Below, piece by piece: positions 1-12,356 of a DNA stretch of 64,000 bases. Position numbers and translations under genes: made by a program. The notes beneath the pieces are model-generated. The model had not been told where the DNA came from, searched no databases, and worked only from the letters and a program-made list of their open reading frames with translations. Source of the DNA: an uncultured Nitrososphaerota archaeon. Lineage in GTDB: Archaea; Thermoproteota; Nitrososphaeria; Nitrososphaerales; Nitrosopumilaceae. Positions within the stretch are counted from its first letter, which is position 1. Each line of letters starts with the position of its first letter. The stretch covers positions 224,001-288,000 of the forward strand of contig CAWGPD010000004.1 in the NCBI GenBank assembly GCA_963824385.1, written 5' to 3'.

Positions 1-102
1 TCATTTCTAGTCAGAGTAAAGAGAATTGAATTTGAAGACAGGGCTAAAAATTACAAAGATGAGGACTTGGATGGTCAAAAGATTCGAATCTCAGTTGAGT
101 AG
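1..102 (+). CDS. 3' end of a CDS running in from upstream (…SFLVRVKRIEFEDRAKNYKDEDLDGQKIRISVE*), function unknown
   Basis: Open frame from base 1 to TAG at 100-102. Confidence 0.5.
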   Translation, partial: SFLVRVKRIEFEDRAKNYKDEDLDGQKIRISVE

Positions 103-147
103 TGATTCATCCATTGAATTAAATAATAAAAATGCACACTGTATAAC

Positions 148-516
148 ATGGCAAAACAGATAACCTTAGACGGATGGTTAGTATCACATTTTGCAGTTTT
201 ATTAAAAAAAGCATCCTCTCATGTTACAAAGACCAAAACACCTCTTGTTTTGTACAGAAATACACTAGAGGAGGAAGAGGAAGCATATCAAGAAACAGTA
301 TGTACTATAACAGATGGATATGTCGTAGTACAGGTAATCACATCAGGAGGAGGCGTAGTTCCAAGCTTTCAGCAACAGTTTGTCTTCACATTAGACGAAT
401 TTCCCAATTGGCTTATGCGAAAAAGCAAAGATTTGTTCCTACAATGTGTTGATCTCCTAGAAGAACAATTCAGTGAAAGAGACGCACCATCGCAAGATTT
501 GAAAAATGTTACATGA
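148..516 (+). CDS. Hypothetical protein, 122 aa
   Basis: ATG-initiated ORF with protein-like composition; no family recognised. Confidence 0.75.
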   Translation: MAKQITLDGWLVSHFAVLLKKASSHVTKTKTPLVLYRNTLEEEEEAYQETVCTITDGYVVVQVITSGGGVVPSFQQQFVFTLDEFPNWLMRKSKDLFLQCVDLLEEQFSERDAPSQDLKNVT

Positions 517-626
517 AAAATAAAATCTACATTTGCGATCAGAAATAAATTCAACTCAAAATAAGGAGTAAATCAATAACAAACACATCAAACAGATTAT
601 AAAGACCATAAAAATGAAAAATCACA

Positions 627-1739
627 ATGCGTCTACTAGAGTACCAGGCAAAGTCTTTGTTTGCAGACTATGGAATTCCAATTCCAAAGGGACTTACGTC
701 TATAGATATTGAGCAGGGTAGAAAGGATGCATCAGTATTAGGATTTCCATTTGTAATTAAAGCCCAGATGGCAGTAGGAGGAAGAGGAAAAGCAGGGGCA
801 ATTCAGAAATGCCAAAATGCAGACGAATTTGAATTAAAATATCCAGACATCATGCAGAAGGTGGTAAAGGGAGAAAAGACCAAAGCAATTTTACTTGAAA
901 AAATGGCAGATATCAAAAAAGAACTTTACCTTTCATTGTTTTTGAATCGTGGCAAGAGATGCTACACAATAATTGCATCTGCAGATGGAGGTGTTGAAAT
1001 AGAGTCTGTTAAAAATCAGATAATACATGAAGTCGGATTAGGAAACGTAGATGCAAAGACTGCAGAAGAAGTAGGAAAACAAATGGGATTAAAAGACAAG
1101 ACCTTGACTCAATTTATTGATATTTTACAAAAATTAGCAAAAATCACAGTAGAAAAAGAAGCAGAGGTTGCAGAGATTAATCCTCTTGCAATACTAGGTG
1201 ATGATTCTGTAGTGGCGTTAGATGGCAAAGTCATCATAGATGACAATGCAATGTTTAGACATGATGAATTACGCAAGTTTCAAGAAGTCTCAGAACTTGA
1301 AGAAAGAGCAGAAAAAAGCGGTTTTTCACTCGTGGAATTGGATGGAAATATTGCTGTAGTTGGAAACGGAGCAGGACTAGTAATGTCTACTTTAGACATG
1401 CTGTCAGATAACGGAGGAAAACCTGCTTGCTTTTTAGATGTAGGTGGGGGCGCAACCACTGAGACAGTATACGAGGCTCTTACCTTGATTAGTAAAATGA
1501 AAAAGGTAAAAGGAATTCTTGTAAATCTATACGGTGGAATTGTAAAGACCACAACAGTTGCAACGGCATTTATCAAAGCATATGAAGATAAAATAATCGA
1601 TCTTCCAGTATTTGCAAGAATGTCAGGTGCAGAGGCAGACAAGTCAAAAGAAATGCTCAAAGGTTCAAGAACAAAGATGTTTGATACAATTGAAGAAGCA
1701 ATAAATGCAGCAGTAATTGAGATGAATAAAAATGGTTGA
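627..1739 (+). CDS. sucC: Succinyl-CoA synthetase beta subunit
   Basis: MRLLEYQAK start, GGRGKAG, EINPL, GNGAGL and FLDVGGG motifs. Confidence 0.96.
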   Translation: MRLLEYQAKSLFADYGIPIPKGLTSIDIEQGRKDASVLGFPFVIKAQMAVGGRGKAGAIQKCQNADEFELKYPDIMQKVVKGEKTKAILLEKMADIKKELYLSLFLNRGKRCYTIIASADGGVEIESVKNQIIHEVGLGNVDAKTAEEVGKQMGLKDKTLTQFIDILQKLAKITVEKEAEVAEINPLAILGDDSVVALDGKVIIDDNAMFRHDELRKFQEVSELEERAEKSGFSLVELDGNIAVVGNGAGLVMSTLDMLSDNGGKPACFLDVGGGATTETVYEALTLISKMKKVKGILVNLYGGIVKTTTVATAFIKAYEDKIIDLPVFARMSGAEADKSKEMLKGSRTKMFDTIEEAINAAVIEMNKNG

Positions 1740-2653
1740 TCTTTTTGAAATATTAATTGGAAAAGAAGGCGGACAAGGATTACCAGAAAAAACCTGTGGT
1801 AGTACAAGGAATCACTGGTAAGTTTGGCGCGTTTCACACACAACAGATGTTAGCATATGGTACAAACATTGTTGCAGGAGTAACTCCTGGCAAGGGCGGC
1901 CAAAAATTAGAGGGTGTTCCAATTTATGAAACAATGAATGAAGCCGTTGGTGCAACCGGTGCCAAAATTTCAATAATATTTGTACCAGCAAAATTCTTTC
2001 TTTCTGCAGCAAAAGATGCATTGGAGGCAGGAATCAAATTATTAATTGCAATACCAGAACACGTTCCTGTTAAAGACGCACTAGCAATTGTAGAACTGGC
2101 AAAGAAAAAAGATGCCATAGTAATTGGCCCAAACACACCAGGAATAATCATTCCAGGCATAATGAAAATAGGAATCATGCCTGCATCTCCTTTCAAACCA
2201 GGTAGAATTGCAGTCATATCAAGAAGTGGTACTTTGATGTATGAATCATCACATAATCTTTCAGTTGCAAATTTTGGCCAAAGCATATGCTTGGGAATTG
2301 GAGGAGACCCAATCAACGGCACTCCGTTAATTGAGGCATTTGATACAATAAGAAACGGTGCAAACATAGACGGAGTAATTGTTGTCGGAGAAATTGGAGG
2401 TGATGCCGAAGAGATGCTTGCACAACATATCATTGATACTAAATTTGACAAACCAGTTGTTGCGTACATTGCAGGAAGAGCAGCACCAAAAGAGAAGAGA
2501 ATGGGTCATGCGGGTGCCATTGTATATGGAAATTATGGTTCTGCAGAATCCAAAGTATCAATGTATACCAAGGCAAACGTACCAGTTGCCAAAAGACCTG
2601 CTGAGATACCTATGCTTCTTGCAGGAAAGCTTGGAAAAGGTAGAATCAAATAG
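1732..2653 (+). CDS. sucD: Succinyl-CoA synthetase alpha subunit; probable +1 indel near 1770 separates the N-terminus MVDLFEILIGKEG from the main ORF (1757..2653)
   Basis: VQGITGK, GVTPGKGG, IGPNTPG and RMGHAGA (phospho-His) motifs; ATG at 1732 overlaps the sucC end. Confidence 0.94.
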
Positions 2654-2675
2654 CAGGAAAATGGAGAAATAGAAA

Positions 2676-2843
2676 ATGCCTATCACCGATCCACTAAAAA
2701 AATCAATAGCCCAAAAGGCTAGACTTCACTTTAAAGTCTGTTTTTCATGTGGTGCAAAAAACCCAATTAGTGCATCAAGATGTAGAAAGTGCCATAACGT
2801 ATACCTCAGACTAAAGAACAGAACACTTGGAATTAAGAAGTAG
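2676..2843 (+). CDS. rpl40e: 50S ribosomal protein L40e, 55 aa (absent from ORF track)
   Basis: Translated by hand: MPITDPLKKSIAQKARLHFKVCFSCGAKNPISASRCRKCHNVYLRLKNRTLGIKK; CxxC…CRKC zinc finger. Confidence 0.93.
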   Translation: MPITDPLKKSIAQKARLHFKVCFSCGAKNPISASRCRKCHNVYLRLKNRTLGIKK

Positions 2844-3140
2844 TTAACAATCTCCGCCACATCCACAACTATCATGAGCCATTTTTAATGGATTTTTAGC
2901 ATCAAATTTTGCTTTTTGATAATGGGCTACATTTAGTATACGTTGAGCAATGACAGGATCAATTTTTTTTCCATCATCAAGCCAATTTTCTATCTCATCT
3001 ATTTTGTAAGTATCACCACTTGATAGAATTTTTTTTAATGTATCCTGAATCAAATCATCCTGATCACTTCCAATAATTTTAGTACAATCAATAGATTTGA
3101 GATGGTTTAGTAAAACAAGTGATCTTTCTGAGAGGGGCAC
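2844..3140 (-). CDS. Hypothetical protein with Cys-rich C-terminus (HDSCGCGGDC)
   Basis: GTG-start ORF of 98 aa filling the gap between genes. Confidence 0.7.
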   Translation of the reverse strand: MPLSERSLVLLNHLKSIDCTKIIGSDQDDLIQDTLKKILSSGDTYKIDEIENWLDDGKKIDPVIAQRILNVAHYQKAKFDAKNPLKMAHDSCGCGGDC

Positions 3141-3223
3141 AAATCATTTAATGTACAGTCAGTATAATAATTTTCTAAGATCTCTTGATATATGGGGAAC
3201 TGTAAGATTTTTTTGAAAATAAT

Positions 3224-3886
3224 TTGTTTATTATTAACTTTAAAAACTATGATGAAATTGCAGGTTCAAAATCATTGCGTTTGGCAAAGAGTGCTTCAAA
3301 GATTGCAAAAAAGTACAACCTAAGAATTCCAGTATGTCCTCCCCAGCATCTCATGTCAGAAGTTACCAGAGTTTCCGCAGACGTATTTGCTCAACATCTT
3401 GATAATTCAAAAGCAGGTAGTACAACTGGGTTTGTCATTCCTGAGATTGTAAAAAAATCAAGAATTGCAGGTTCCCTCATAAATCATAGCGAACACCGCA
3501 TACTATCAAATGAAATTGAAGATTTGGTCATAAGACTCAGAGAATTGAAAATGACGTCGGTTGTTTGTGTCCAAGATGTAAATGAAGCATGGATGTATGC
3601 CAAACTAAACCCAGATTTTATTGCAATAGAGCCACCAGAACTAATAGGCAGTGGAAAGGCAGTTTCTAAAGAAAGGCCTGAAATCATACAAGAATCAGTC
3701 CAGGCAGTAAAGAAAGCAAATAATTCAACCCAGTTATTATGCGGAGCAGGAATTGTTTCAGGCGAAGACGTATCACGAGCACTAGATCTTGGCGCAACAG
3801 GTATACTTGTTGCAAGCGGCATAGTAAAGGCCAAGAATTGGGAAAAGGCAATAGAAGAATTTGCGCTAGCTTTTACCAGAAAATAA
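3224..3886 (+). CDS. tpiA: Triosephosphate isomerase, archaeal type
   Basis: IINFKNY, NHSEHR, IEPPELIG and LCGAGI motifs. Confidence 0.96.
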   Translation: MFIINFKNYDEIAGSKSLRLAKSASKIAKKYNLRIPVCPPQHLMSEVTRVSADVFAQHLDNSKAGSTTGFVIPEIVKKSRIAGSLINHSEHRILSNEIEDLVIRLRELKMTSVVCVQDVNEAWMYAKLNPDFIAIEPPELIGSGKAVSKERPEIIQESVQAVKKANNSTQLLCGAGIVSGEDVSRALDLGATGILVASGIVKAKNWEKAIEEFALAFTRK

Positions 3887-3930
3887 TTTGTTTTGTCATA
3901 GATGATATATCGTAGTAGTAATTGCAATAC

Positions 3931-4324
3931 ATGGTCTTAGAAAATGACATACTTGAAGAGCTGAAAGAAGATCAGAGAGGCAGTTACATCCAAAGTCGCA
4001 CCTCCAGCACCTGAGCCCAAAGGTCTCATTGCAGAATTTAAAGACTTTATTGGCAAAGCTGGAGTAATGGGTTTAGCAATAGGCTTCATCATGGGCACAG
4101 TAATTGGAAGAGTAGTTACAGCTTTAGTACAGGATCTCATCATGCCAATCCCTGGCGCATTCATAGCGGGCGGAGATTGGCGAAAAGCTATCATCACCAT
4201 ACCAATAGGAAATGGAATGAATTTTGGAATAGGAGATTTTGTAGGCGTCATCATAGATTTCTTCATCATTTCCATGGTAATCTTCATAATAGCAAAATTA
4301 GGACGAAAGGCGGGCTTGAAATAG
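3931..4324 (+). CDS. mscL: Large-conductance mechanosensitive channel (MscL family); +1 indel near 3964
   Basis: Restored frame MVLENDILEELKKIRE…EFKDFIGKAGVMGLAIGFIMG…LVQDLIMP…GDFVGVIIDFFII. Confidence 0.85.
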
Positions 4325-4407
4325 CCCCGATATACTTTTTCTCATTCCATACCACATTGACGAATTAAAGAACACTGAAATATTGAATCAGACATTTCAT
4401 TCGCATA

Positions 4408-4962
4408 ATGCTTCCAAGACTGGAATCAATAAAACAAGCTAGAATGAAGATTGGGCTGACTCAGCAAAAACTTGCGTCACTAACAGGAGTTAGTACATCA
4501 ATGATAAATCAAATCGAGTCAGGAAGATGTCAGCCAAGTTATTCCACTGCAAGAAAAATATTTGAAGTGTTGTGGTCACTTGATAGTCAATCATCAACAA
4601 AGGCAGGAGACATTTGTAGTAAAGAAATCGCTAAACTCAAAGCTAATGATTCATTGCAGGATGCAATAAAAAAAATGCAGGAATTATCAATTAGTCAGAT
4701 ACCAATCTTTGATGGTACTGAGGTAGTAGGTGTGATTACAGAAGATGGCATAGTAAAACATATTTTAGATAGTGATGAGACTCAACGAAGAAAGATCAAA
4801 CTAGCTGAAATAATGGATCCCAGACCTCCGATTGTAGATTATAACACTCCAGTCAAGACATTAGTATCATTAATTAGATATTCAAAATGCGTTCTAGTCT
4901 CAAAGCAAAGCAGGATTGTCGGGATAATTACCGCCTCAGACACTCTAAAACTAGTAGACTAG
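4408..4962 (+). CDS. XRE-type HTH plus CBS-pair transcriptional regulator
   Basis: GLTQQKLASLTGVSTSMINQIESG HTH, followed by two CBS repeats. Confidence 0.9.
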   Translation: MLPRLESIKQARMKIGLTQQKLASLTGVSTSMINQIESGRCQPSYSTARKIFEVLWSLDSQSSTKAGDICSKEIAKLKANDSLQDAIKKMQELSISQIPIFDGTEVVGVITEDGIVKHILDSDETQRRKIKLAEIMDPRPPIVDYNTPVKTLVSLIRYSKCVLVSKQSRIVGIITASDTLKLVD

Positions 4963-4966
4963 ATTT

Positions 4967-5362
4967 CTATTTCGGATGAGAGCAAAGTTCTGCTAAAACC
5001 CCATGTAATGATTTTGGATGAATGAATGTTATTTTAGTCCCTCTTGATCCTGGTCTTACATCTCCCAAAAATTTTATTCCACATTCTTTCATTCGGTTTA
5101 CTTCGCCATCAATGCCATCAGTTTCTAACGCAATGTGATGTAATCCCTCACCTTTGGTTGCAAGGAATTTTTTAATTGGACTTGTGTCCTTGGTTGCCTC
5201 CATCAATTCAATTCTAGAATTATCAAGGTGAAGAATTGCAACTCTAACTCCTTCTGTTTCTACTGTCTCAAATTCTACTTCATGAACCCCAAGTGCTGCC
5301 TGATATTCTTTTACAGCGTCATCTAGATTGTTTACTGCTATAGCAACATGATCTATTCTCAT
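4967..5362 (-). CDS. mce: Methylmalonyl-CoA epimerase
   Basis: IDHVAIAV, GEGLHHIA and FIHPKSLHGVLAEL motifs; adjacent to the mutase. Confidence 0.93.
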   Translation of the reverse strand: MRIDHVAIAVNNLDDAVKEYQAALGVHEVEFETVETEGVRVAILHLDNSRIELMEATKDTSPIKKFLATKGEGLHHIALETDGIDGEVNRMKECGIKFLGDVRPGSRGTKITFIHPKSLHGVLAELCSHPK

Positions 5363-5363
5363 T

Positions 5364-6938
5364 TTAAAATGTCTCCTTTGGTTGATAAATTCCAAAGACT
5401 TCTCTGAATGTGTTACTAATCTCTCCCAAAGTAGCATAACTTTTTACCGCGTCCAAGATGTATGGCATAAGATTTTCATCCTTGTCAGCAGCATTCTTCA
5501 TTTTTCCAAGTGCAGATTCAACTTTGGCATTATCACGCGTACTACGTAATTCTTTTAGATGTTGCATTTGTTGTGTTTGAATACTATCATCAATCTTCAT
5601 AATGTCTGGTTTTTCTTTTGTCGAGTCTGTGAATTTATTGACACCAACTATGATTCGCTCTTCTCCATCAATCTCCTTCTTAAGACGGTAAGCGTTTTGT
5701 CTAATCTCAGATTGGAAGAATCCACGTTCAATTCCAACAAGAGAGCCTCCCATTCGATCAATTTTCTTGAGATACTTGTTTGCCTCGGCTTCTATAGTAT
5801 CGGTCAGATGTTCCACATAATACGAACCTGCAAGTGGGTCCACAGTTTTTGTAATTCCACTCTCATGTCCTACTATCTGCTGGGTTCTTAGGGCAATCTT
5901 TACTGCCGCTTCAGTTGGCAAAGCCAACGCTTCATCTTTTGAGTTAGTGTGAAGTGATTGACAACCTCCAAGTACGGCAGCCATGGATTGTATTGCAACA
6001 CGAACAATGTTATTGTCTGGCTGTTGTGCAGTAAGAGATTCTCCACTTGTCTGAACATGGAATTTTAGCTGAATAGATCTTTTGTCTTTTGCGTGGAATC
6101 TGTCTTTTAGTATCTTGGCGTAAATTCTTCGCGCAGCTCTGAATTTTGCAATCTCTTCCAAGAACTCACTAGTACAGCAAAAGAAGAAAGATAATCGTGG
6201 TGCAAATGTATCAATTTTTAGTCCGCGGTCAACACATGTCTCGATGTATTCTATTGCATTTGCTAGTGTAAATGCTACTTCTTGTACTGCATTACATCCT
6301 GCTTCACGCATGTGATATCCAGATATGGATATTGGATACCATTGCGGAACTTTCTTTGAACAATATTCAATCATATCTCCAATCAATCTCATCGATGGAC
6401 GCGGGGGATAGATGTAGGTGTTTCTTGCAATGTATTCTTTCAGTATATCATTTTGAGTTGTCCCTCTGAGCTGCTTACTATCCACTCCTTGAGATTCACC
6501 TGTTGCAATGTATAATGCAAGCAAAGTTGAAGCTGTTGAATTTATTGTCATGGAAGTACTGACCTTGTCAAGTGGAATTCCGTTAAAGCATTTCATCATG
6601 TCTTTAAGCGATGTAATGGATACCCCCACTTTACCTACTTCTCCTTCTGCATGAGAGTCATCAGAATCATAGCCTATCTGAGTTGGCAAGTCAAATGCCA
6701 TCGAAAGTCCTGTTTGACCTCTTTCAAGTAGGTACTTGAATCGTTGATTTGTCTGTTCAGCAGTTCCAAAACCAGTGTATTGTCGCATTGTCCAGAGTCT
6801 ATCTCTGTACATTCCAGGATGAATTCCTCGCGTATACGGATGTTTTCCGGGCTCTTCGGTCTTACTTTTTGCTTTGACCTTAGAATCATAGAATCGTTTT
6901 ACAGAAATATTAGAATCAGTCTTGATTATTTTTACCAT
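5364..6938 (-). CDS. mcmA: Methylmalonyl-CoA mutase large (substrate-binding) subunit
   Basis: [25 protein letters not shown] and [10 protein letters not shown] motifs. Confidence 0.95.
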   Translation of the reverse strand: MVKIIKTDSNISVKRFYDSKVKAKSKTEEPGKHPYTRGIHPGMYRDRLWTMRQYTGFGTAEQTNQRFKYLLERGQTGLSMAFDLPTQIGYDSDDSHAEGEVGKVGVSITSLKDMMKCFNGIPLDKVSTSMTINSTASTLLALYIATGESQGVDSKQLRGTTQNDILKEYIARNTYIYPPRPSMRLIGDMIEYCSKKVPQWYPISISGYHMREAGCNAVQEVAFTLANAIEYIETCVDRGLKIDTFAPRLSFFFCCTSEFLEEIAKFRAARRIYAKILKDRFHAKDKRSIQLKFHVQTSGESLTAQQPDNNIVRVAIQSMAAVLGGCQSLHTNSKDEALALPTEAAVKIALRTQQIVGHESGITKTVDPLAGSYYVEHLTDTIEAEANKYLKKIDRMGGSLVGIERGFFQSEIRQNAYRLKKEIDGEERIIVGVNKFTDSTKEKPDIMKIDDSIQTQQMQHLKELRSTRDNAKVESALGKMKNAADKDENLMPYILDAVKSYATLGEISNTFREVFGIYQPKETF

Positions 6939-6939
6939 A

Positions 6940-7855
6940 TCATACCAATCCCTTTGATATTTTTTCTGCAGCTTCAAACGGATCGATTTTCTTTGATTGT
7001 ACTTTCTTAAGATAAGCTGCGTACGATTTACTTGAATCAAGCATCGTATTGACTTTATTTTTAACATTACTTAAAACCATATCTCTTAGTTCAGAGTCCA
7101 ATCTTGACTCTTCTTCTATGGGTTTTGTCTTTTGTCTTGCCTTCATCAATTCTTCCAATTTCTTTGCAAAATCCACAACTCCCTTGTTAGATTTTGCCGA
7201 AGTTAGCATAACAACTGGATTCTTTTCAGACATCCCGATAAAGTCTCTAACAGAATCAAAAAGTTGGTTTGAACCTGGCAAATCACTTTTATTTATTAGA
7301 TACACATCGCCAATTTCGGTAAGTCCTGCTTTTATTGTCTGTATGTTATCACCAGTGTTTGGATTAAAAACTACAACTGTAATATCTACAACTTTTTCTA
7401 TATCCACTTCAGTCTGTCCCGCTCCAACACTTTCTATTAGTATCGGATTAAATCCTGCATATTCCAAAATTCTAATACTGTTTCGTACAGATAATGAGAT
7501 TGCCCCAGTCGCCCCCCTTGAAGCCATACTTCGAATATATGTACCAGAGTCAGTGGATTCAGTCATTCTCACTCTATCACCAAGTATTGCACCACCAGTG
7601 ATATGACTAGTGGGATCTATGGCAAGAACTGCCGTCTTGTAACCAAGTTTGTTTAATTCAAGACTTGTTCTATTTATCAGAGTGCTTTTTCCAGCTCCCG
7701 CAGGTCCTGTAATTCCAATTTTCATGGATTTCCCAGAGACTTTTGAATATCTTTTTTATGATAGACCTGGCCTCTTTTTCGTTGTTTTCCACAATAGAAA
7801 TAGCACGTGCAATTGCCCGTCGATTTCCTTTTTTAAGTTCTGATACAATATCCAT
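6940..7855 (-). CDS. meaB: Methylmalonyl-CoA mutase-associated GTPase MeaB; +1 indel in the A-run near 7742
   Basis: [10 protein letters not shown]-terminus; [23 protein letters not shown] and ESVGAGQ motifs. Confidence 0.92.
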
Positions 7856-7972
7856 AGAAATGTCACACAGTGGAACCACAATAAATCTTGTTGTTGCCAG
7901 TGATTGAAAATGTCAAAAAATAGTCTGTTTTTAAATAAAGCTTTTAAAAGCTAAAAATATAATTGAAGATGC

Positions 7973-8389
7973 ATGTCACAAAAGACTCAAACAAAGAGAA
8001 TTAGAATTTTAGTTTCAAAGTTAGGTCTTGATGGTCATGATAGAGGAGCTCTTGTCTTATGCAGAGCATTTAGAGATGCAGGAATGGAAGTAATTTATTC
8101 TGGATTATTTGCAACCCCTGAAAGAATTGCTCAAATAGTAGAAGATGAGGATATCGACGTTGTAGCACTTAGTCTTCTAAATGGAGCTCATCTTACACTC
8201 TTTCCAAGAGTGGCCAAAGCAATCAAGGACAGGGGAATCAAGGATGTTCTAGTAATAGGCGGAGGAGTCATTCCCGAGGATGACAAGCCGCAACTTGAAA
8301 AAGGTGGAGTATTAGGAAATTTCGGTCCAGGAACTCCACTTTTGGCAATTATTGATTTTATTCAGACAAATTTATCAAAGAAAAAATAA
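7973..8389 (+). CDS. mcmB: Methylmalonyl-CoA mutase small (cobalamin-binding) subunit
   Basis: KLGLDGHDRG B12-binding motif; divergent from meaB/mcmA. Confidence 0.93.
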   Translation: MSQKTQTKRIRILVSKLGLDGHDRGALVLCRAFRDAGMEVIYSGLFATPERIAQIVEDEDIDVVALSLLNGAHLTLFPRVAKAIKDRGIKDVLVIGGGVIPEDDKPQLEKGGVLGNFGPGTPLLAIIDFIQTNLSKKK

Positions 8390-8391
8390 TT

Positions 8392-9392
<1,001 letters not shown>

Positions 9393-9487
9393 GCGGACAC
9401 TTGAAATCAAGGAAATAAAAACTTACGATTATTCTAAAAACAGCACAGATTCGGGGGTCACCTATTGAACAAAATTCATACTGATTG

Positions 9488-9607
9488 TTATAGTATTATC
9501 TCTTTTCCACAGTTTACGCATTTTACGATTGTATCATTGGCTGAAATTCAATCAAACTTCTTTGAACCACAATTAGGACATATTGGACATGCTCTAATTT
9601 TTTCCAC
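9488..9607 (-). CDS. Putative zinc-ribbon microprotein (39 codons) with an internal TGA at 9548-9550
   Basis: GTG start; (M)EKIRACPICPNCGSKKFD*ISANDTIVKCVNCGKEIIL*; two CxxC-G knuckles in one frame. Confidence 0.5.
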
Positions 9608-9685
9608 AACAGAATATCTTCAGACCCAAAGATATCATTTGTGCTCTTTAAAACCAATAGAAAAAAATACCTTCAAAGAAATCAC

Positions 9686-10561
9686 ATGGTAATGAATGTT
9701 GGAATAATAGGTACTGGCCTTCTTGGGAGTTCCATAGCAAAACGTTTGGCCTCAGCAGGTCACAAAATTTCAGTGTATAACAGAACAAGACAAAAAGCAG
9801 AATCTCTAAAAAATTTTGGAATTCAAGTTGTAGATTCACCAAAGGAACTTGCAAGCAAATGCGAACTTGTCATAACAATACTAAAAGATGCCACAGTTAT
9901 TGAACAAATGTCTTTTGGAGATAATGGCATAGTTCATGGAAAACATGACGGATTAATCGTTGCAGATATGAGTACTATTAGTCCAATTTTATCACGAATC
10001 ATTGCTAAAAAATTTTCAGATGAAGGAATTTCAATGATTGATACTCCTGTGATGGGAGGGCCAAGTTTAGCTGAAAAAGGTCAGATGGTAGTAATGGTAG
10101 GCGGTAAAAAAGAAATTTATGAAAAATGTAAAACGGTTTTTGATTCAATTGGAGAGAGAACATTTCTTTTGGGAGAAAACGGTTCCGGACATGCTATGAA
10201 GCTTGCAATGAACTCACAGATTGCGATTCTTGCTCTTTCGTTATCAGAAGGAATTATACTTGCAAAAAAATCAGGGCTTGACCCAATGACATTTCTTGAA
10301 GTCCTAAATTCTACATATTTTAAGACAGGAATGAGTGTCAACAAGGGACCCAAGATGGTAAAGGGAAATTTTGAGCCTAGTTTCTTTCTTAAGATGATGC
10401 AGAAAGATCTTGATGAAATTGACTACACCGCAAAAAAAGTTGGAGCAAATATGCCAATGTCTAAACTTGCAAATGAAATTTATCAAAAAGCAATTATCGA
10501 AGGATTTGGAGACATGGATTACACAGGAATTCTATCTTATCTTGAAAAATCAAATAGATAA
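9686..10561 (+). CDS. NAD(P)-dependent beta-hydroxyacid dehydrogenase (3-hydroxyisobutyrate/tartronate semialdehyde reductase family)
   Basis: GIIGTGLLG, YNRT, DMSTISP and DTPVMGG motifs. Confidence 0.88.
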   Translation: MVMNVGIIGTGLLGSSIAKRLASAGHKISVYNRTRQKAESLKNFGIQVVDSPKELASKCELVITILKDATVIEQMSFGDNGIVHGKHDGLIVADMSTISPILSRIIAKKFSDEGISMIDTPVMGGPSLAEKGQMVVMVGGKKEIYEKCKTVFDSIGERTFLLGENGSGHAMKLAMNSQIAILALSLSEGIILAKKSGLDPMTFLEVLNSTYFKTGMSVNKGPKMVKGNFEPSFFLKMMQKDLDEIDYTAKKVGANMPMSKLANEIYQKAIIEGFGDMDYTGILSYLEKSNR

Positions 10562-10678
10562 AATCATAATTGTTCATGAGGGCGTATCTTCCTGAAACTG
10601 AAAAACCGCCCCACATAATAGACAATTTTCAAGACATCCGTGAGAGAGCATCGTCTCACAAAATCTATTCAAAACTCA

Positions 10679-12326
10679 TTATTTTCCTAGTCTTGCTTTG
10701 TGTAATTCAATATCAGATGTTTCCACCTTTTTGAATAGGGGGGAAGCAGCGCCTATTTTGTGACCTCCTTTTATTTCGATTTTTGCAATAGAATTCCAGG
10801 ATTGCTGTGAAACATTACCACTCATACCAAGTTGTTCCCATATTCTTTGTGAGGATTCAGGTAAAAATGGACATAGTGAAATTGCCAAGCTCCTAACAGC
10901 ATTTACAGAGAGGAAGACACAGTTGTTTGAACCATCGCCACCTTTCCATGGTTCTTTTTTCTGAAAATATTGGTTAAAGTGAGCCGAGAATTCTATAATT
11001 TTTTTCAGTGCTTTATCAAGACTATTATCTTCCATCAATCCAGTAAGTTCACTTGAAAAATTATTTATTTTATCTTGAGCCTCTTTGTCACTTGCATCAA
11101 ATTCATTTGTATTTGGTACAACTCCTGATAGCGTTTTTTGTGTAAAGCCAAGTGCGCGGTTTACAAAATTTCCTACATTTCCAATCAATTCAGAATTAAT
11201 CCTTGATGCAAATTCCTCCCAATCAAAATTAAGATCATCTTGGCTATAGGGGGTAATTAGTGCAAGATAAAATCTAAGATAATCTGCAGGATAAATCTCC
11301 ATAAAGTCTTTAAGACCAATATACCAATTTCGGCTCTTTGAGATTTTTTTAGATTGTAGCATCAAGTGACCCCGAGTTGGAATATAATCAGGTAGCTCTG
11401 AACTCTTTTTGTATTCCAATCCTCATTGCAGGCAAAAAAAGATAGTGATGATATACGATATCTTTTCCAATAAAATGATAGATATCAGCAGAGTTCCAAA
11501 AGTCTTTTCCGTTAACACCTTTATCATTTAGAAATTTCATGGCAGTTGAAATGTAAGCAAGATGATTATCAAACCAACCATAGAGCACTTGCCCTTTTGC
11601 ACCTTCAAGAGGAATTGGAACTCCCCAATTCATGTCTCTTGTAATATCCCAGTCTACAAGACCCTCTTTTATCCAGTTTTGTACGTATTTTTTAACATCC
11701 TTTTGTAGATGAGAGTCTGCCTCCAACCATTGATTTAGTTCATTAACAAAGTTGGTTAGTTTGAAGAAATAGTGTCTTGTCTTTTCTTTTGTGGGAGGAT
11801 TCTTACATATGGAACATTTTGGATCTTCAATCTCCTCTGGGACTCTCCCACATTTTTCACATAAATCCGAATACTGGTCCTCTGCTTTACAATATGGGCA
11901 TCTTCCTAGGACATATCTATCAGGCAAGAATTTTTTATCAACAGTGCAATAGAACTGGATTATCTCTTTTTCATAAATATGTCCATTTGCATACAATTTT
12001 TTAAAAACTTCTTGAACAAATGCTACATTTTCTGGAGAACTTGTCCTATAAAAAAAATCAAATCCTATTCCAAAAGCAGTAAAGTCTTCATAATCACGTT
12101 TGTTCCAGACCTTCACATATTCCTCTGGAGTCTTGTTCTCTCTTTCAGCTTGGATTAGAATTGGAGTTCCAAAGTCGTCTGACGCACAAAAATAATATGC
12201 CTCAACTCCACTTAGTTTTAGAAATCTAGTAGTTATATCAGCAGGCAAGTAGGTAGAAGCAACATGCCCAAGATGAATCTCACCGTTGGCATAAGGTAAA
12301 GCACTTGTAATAATTGCCCTTTTCAT
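10679..12326 (-). CDS. metG: Methionine--tRNA ligase; +1 indel near 11399
   Basis: LPYANGEIHLGH (HIGH), zinc knuckles, GKDIVYHH and KISKS motifs. Confidence 0.95.
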
Positions 12327-12356
12327 TATCAGAGTAAAGTTTGTGTATGATTTAAG

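Noticed and set aside
3937..4287. 116-aa Met/Pro-rich minus-strand ORF
   Set aside because: Antisense to mscL.
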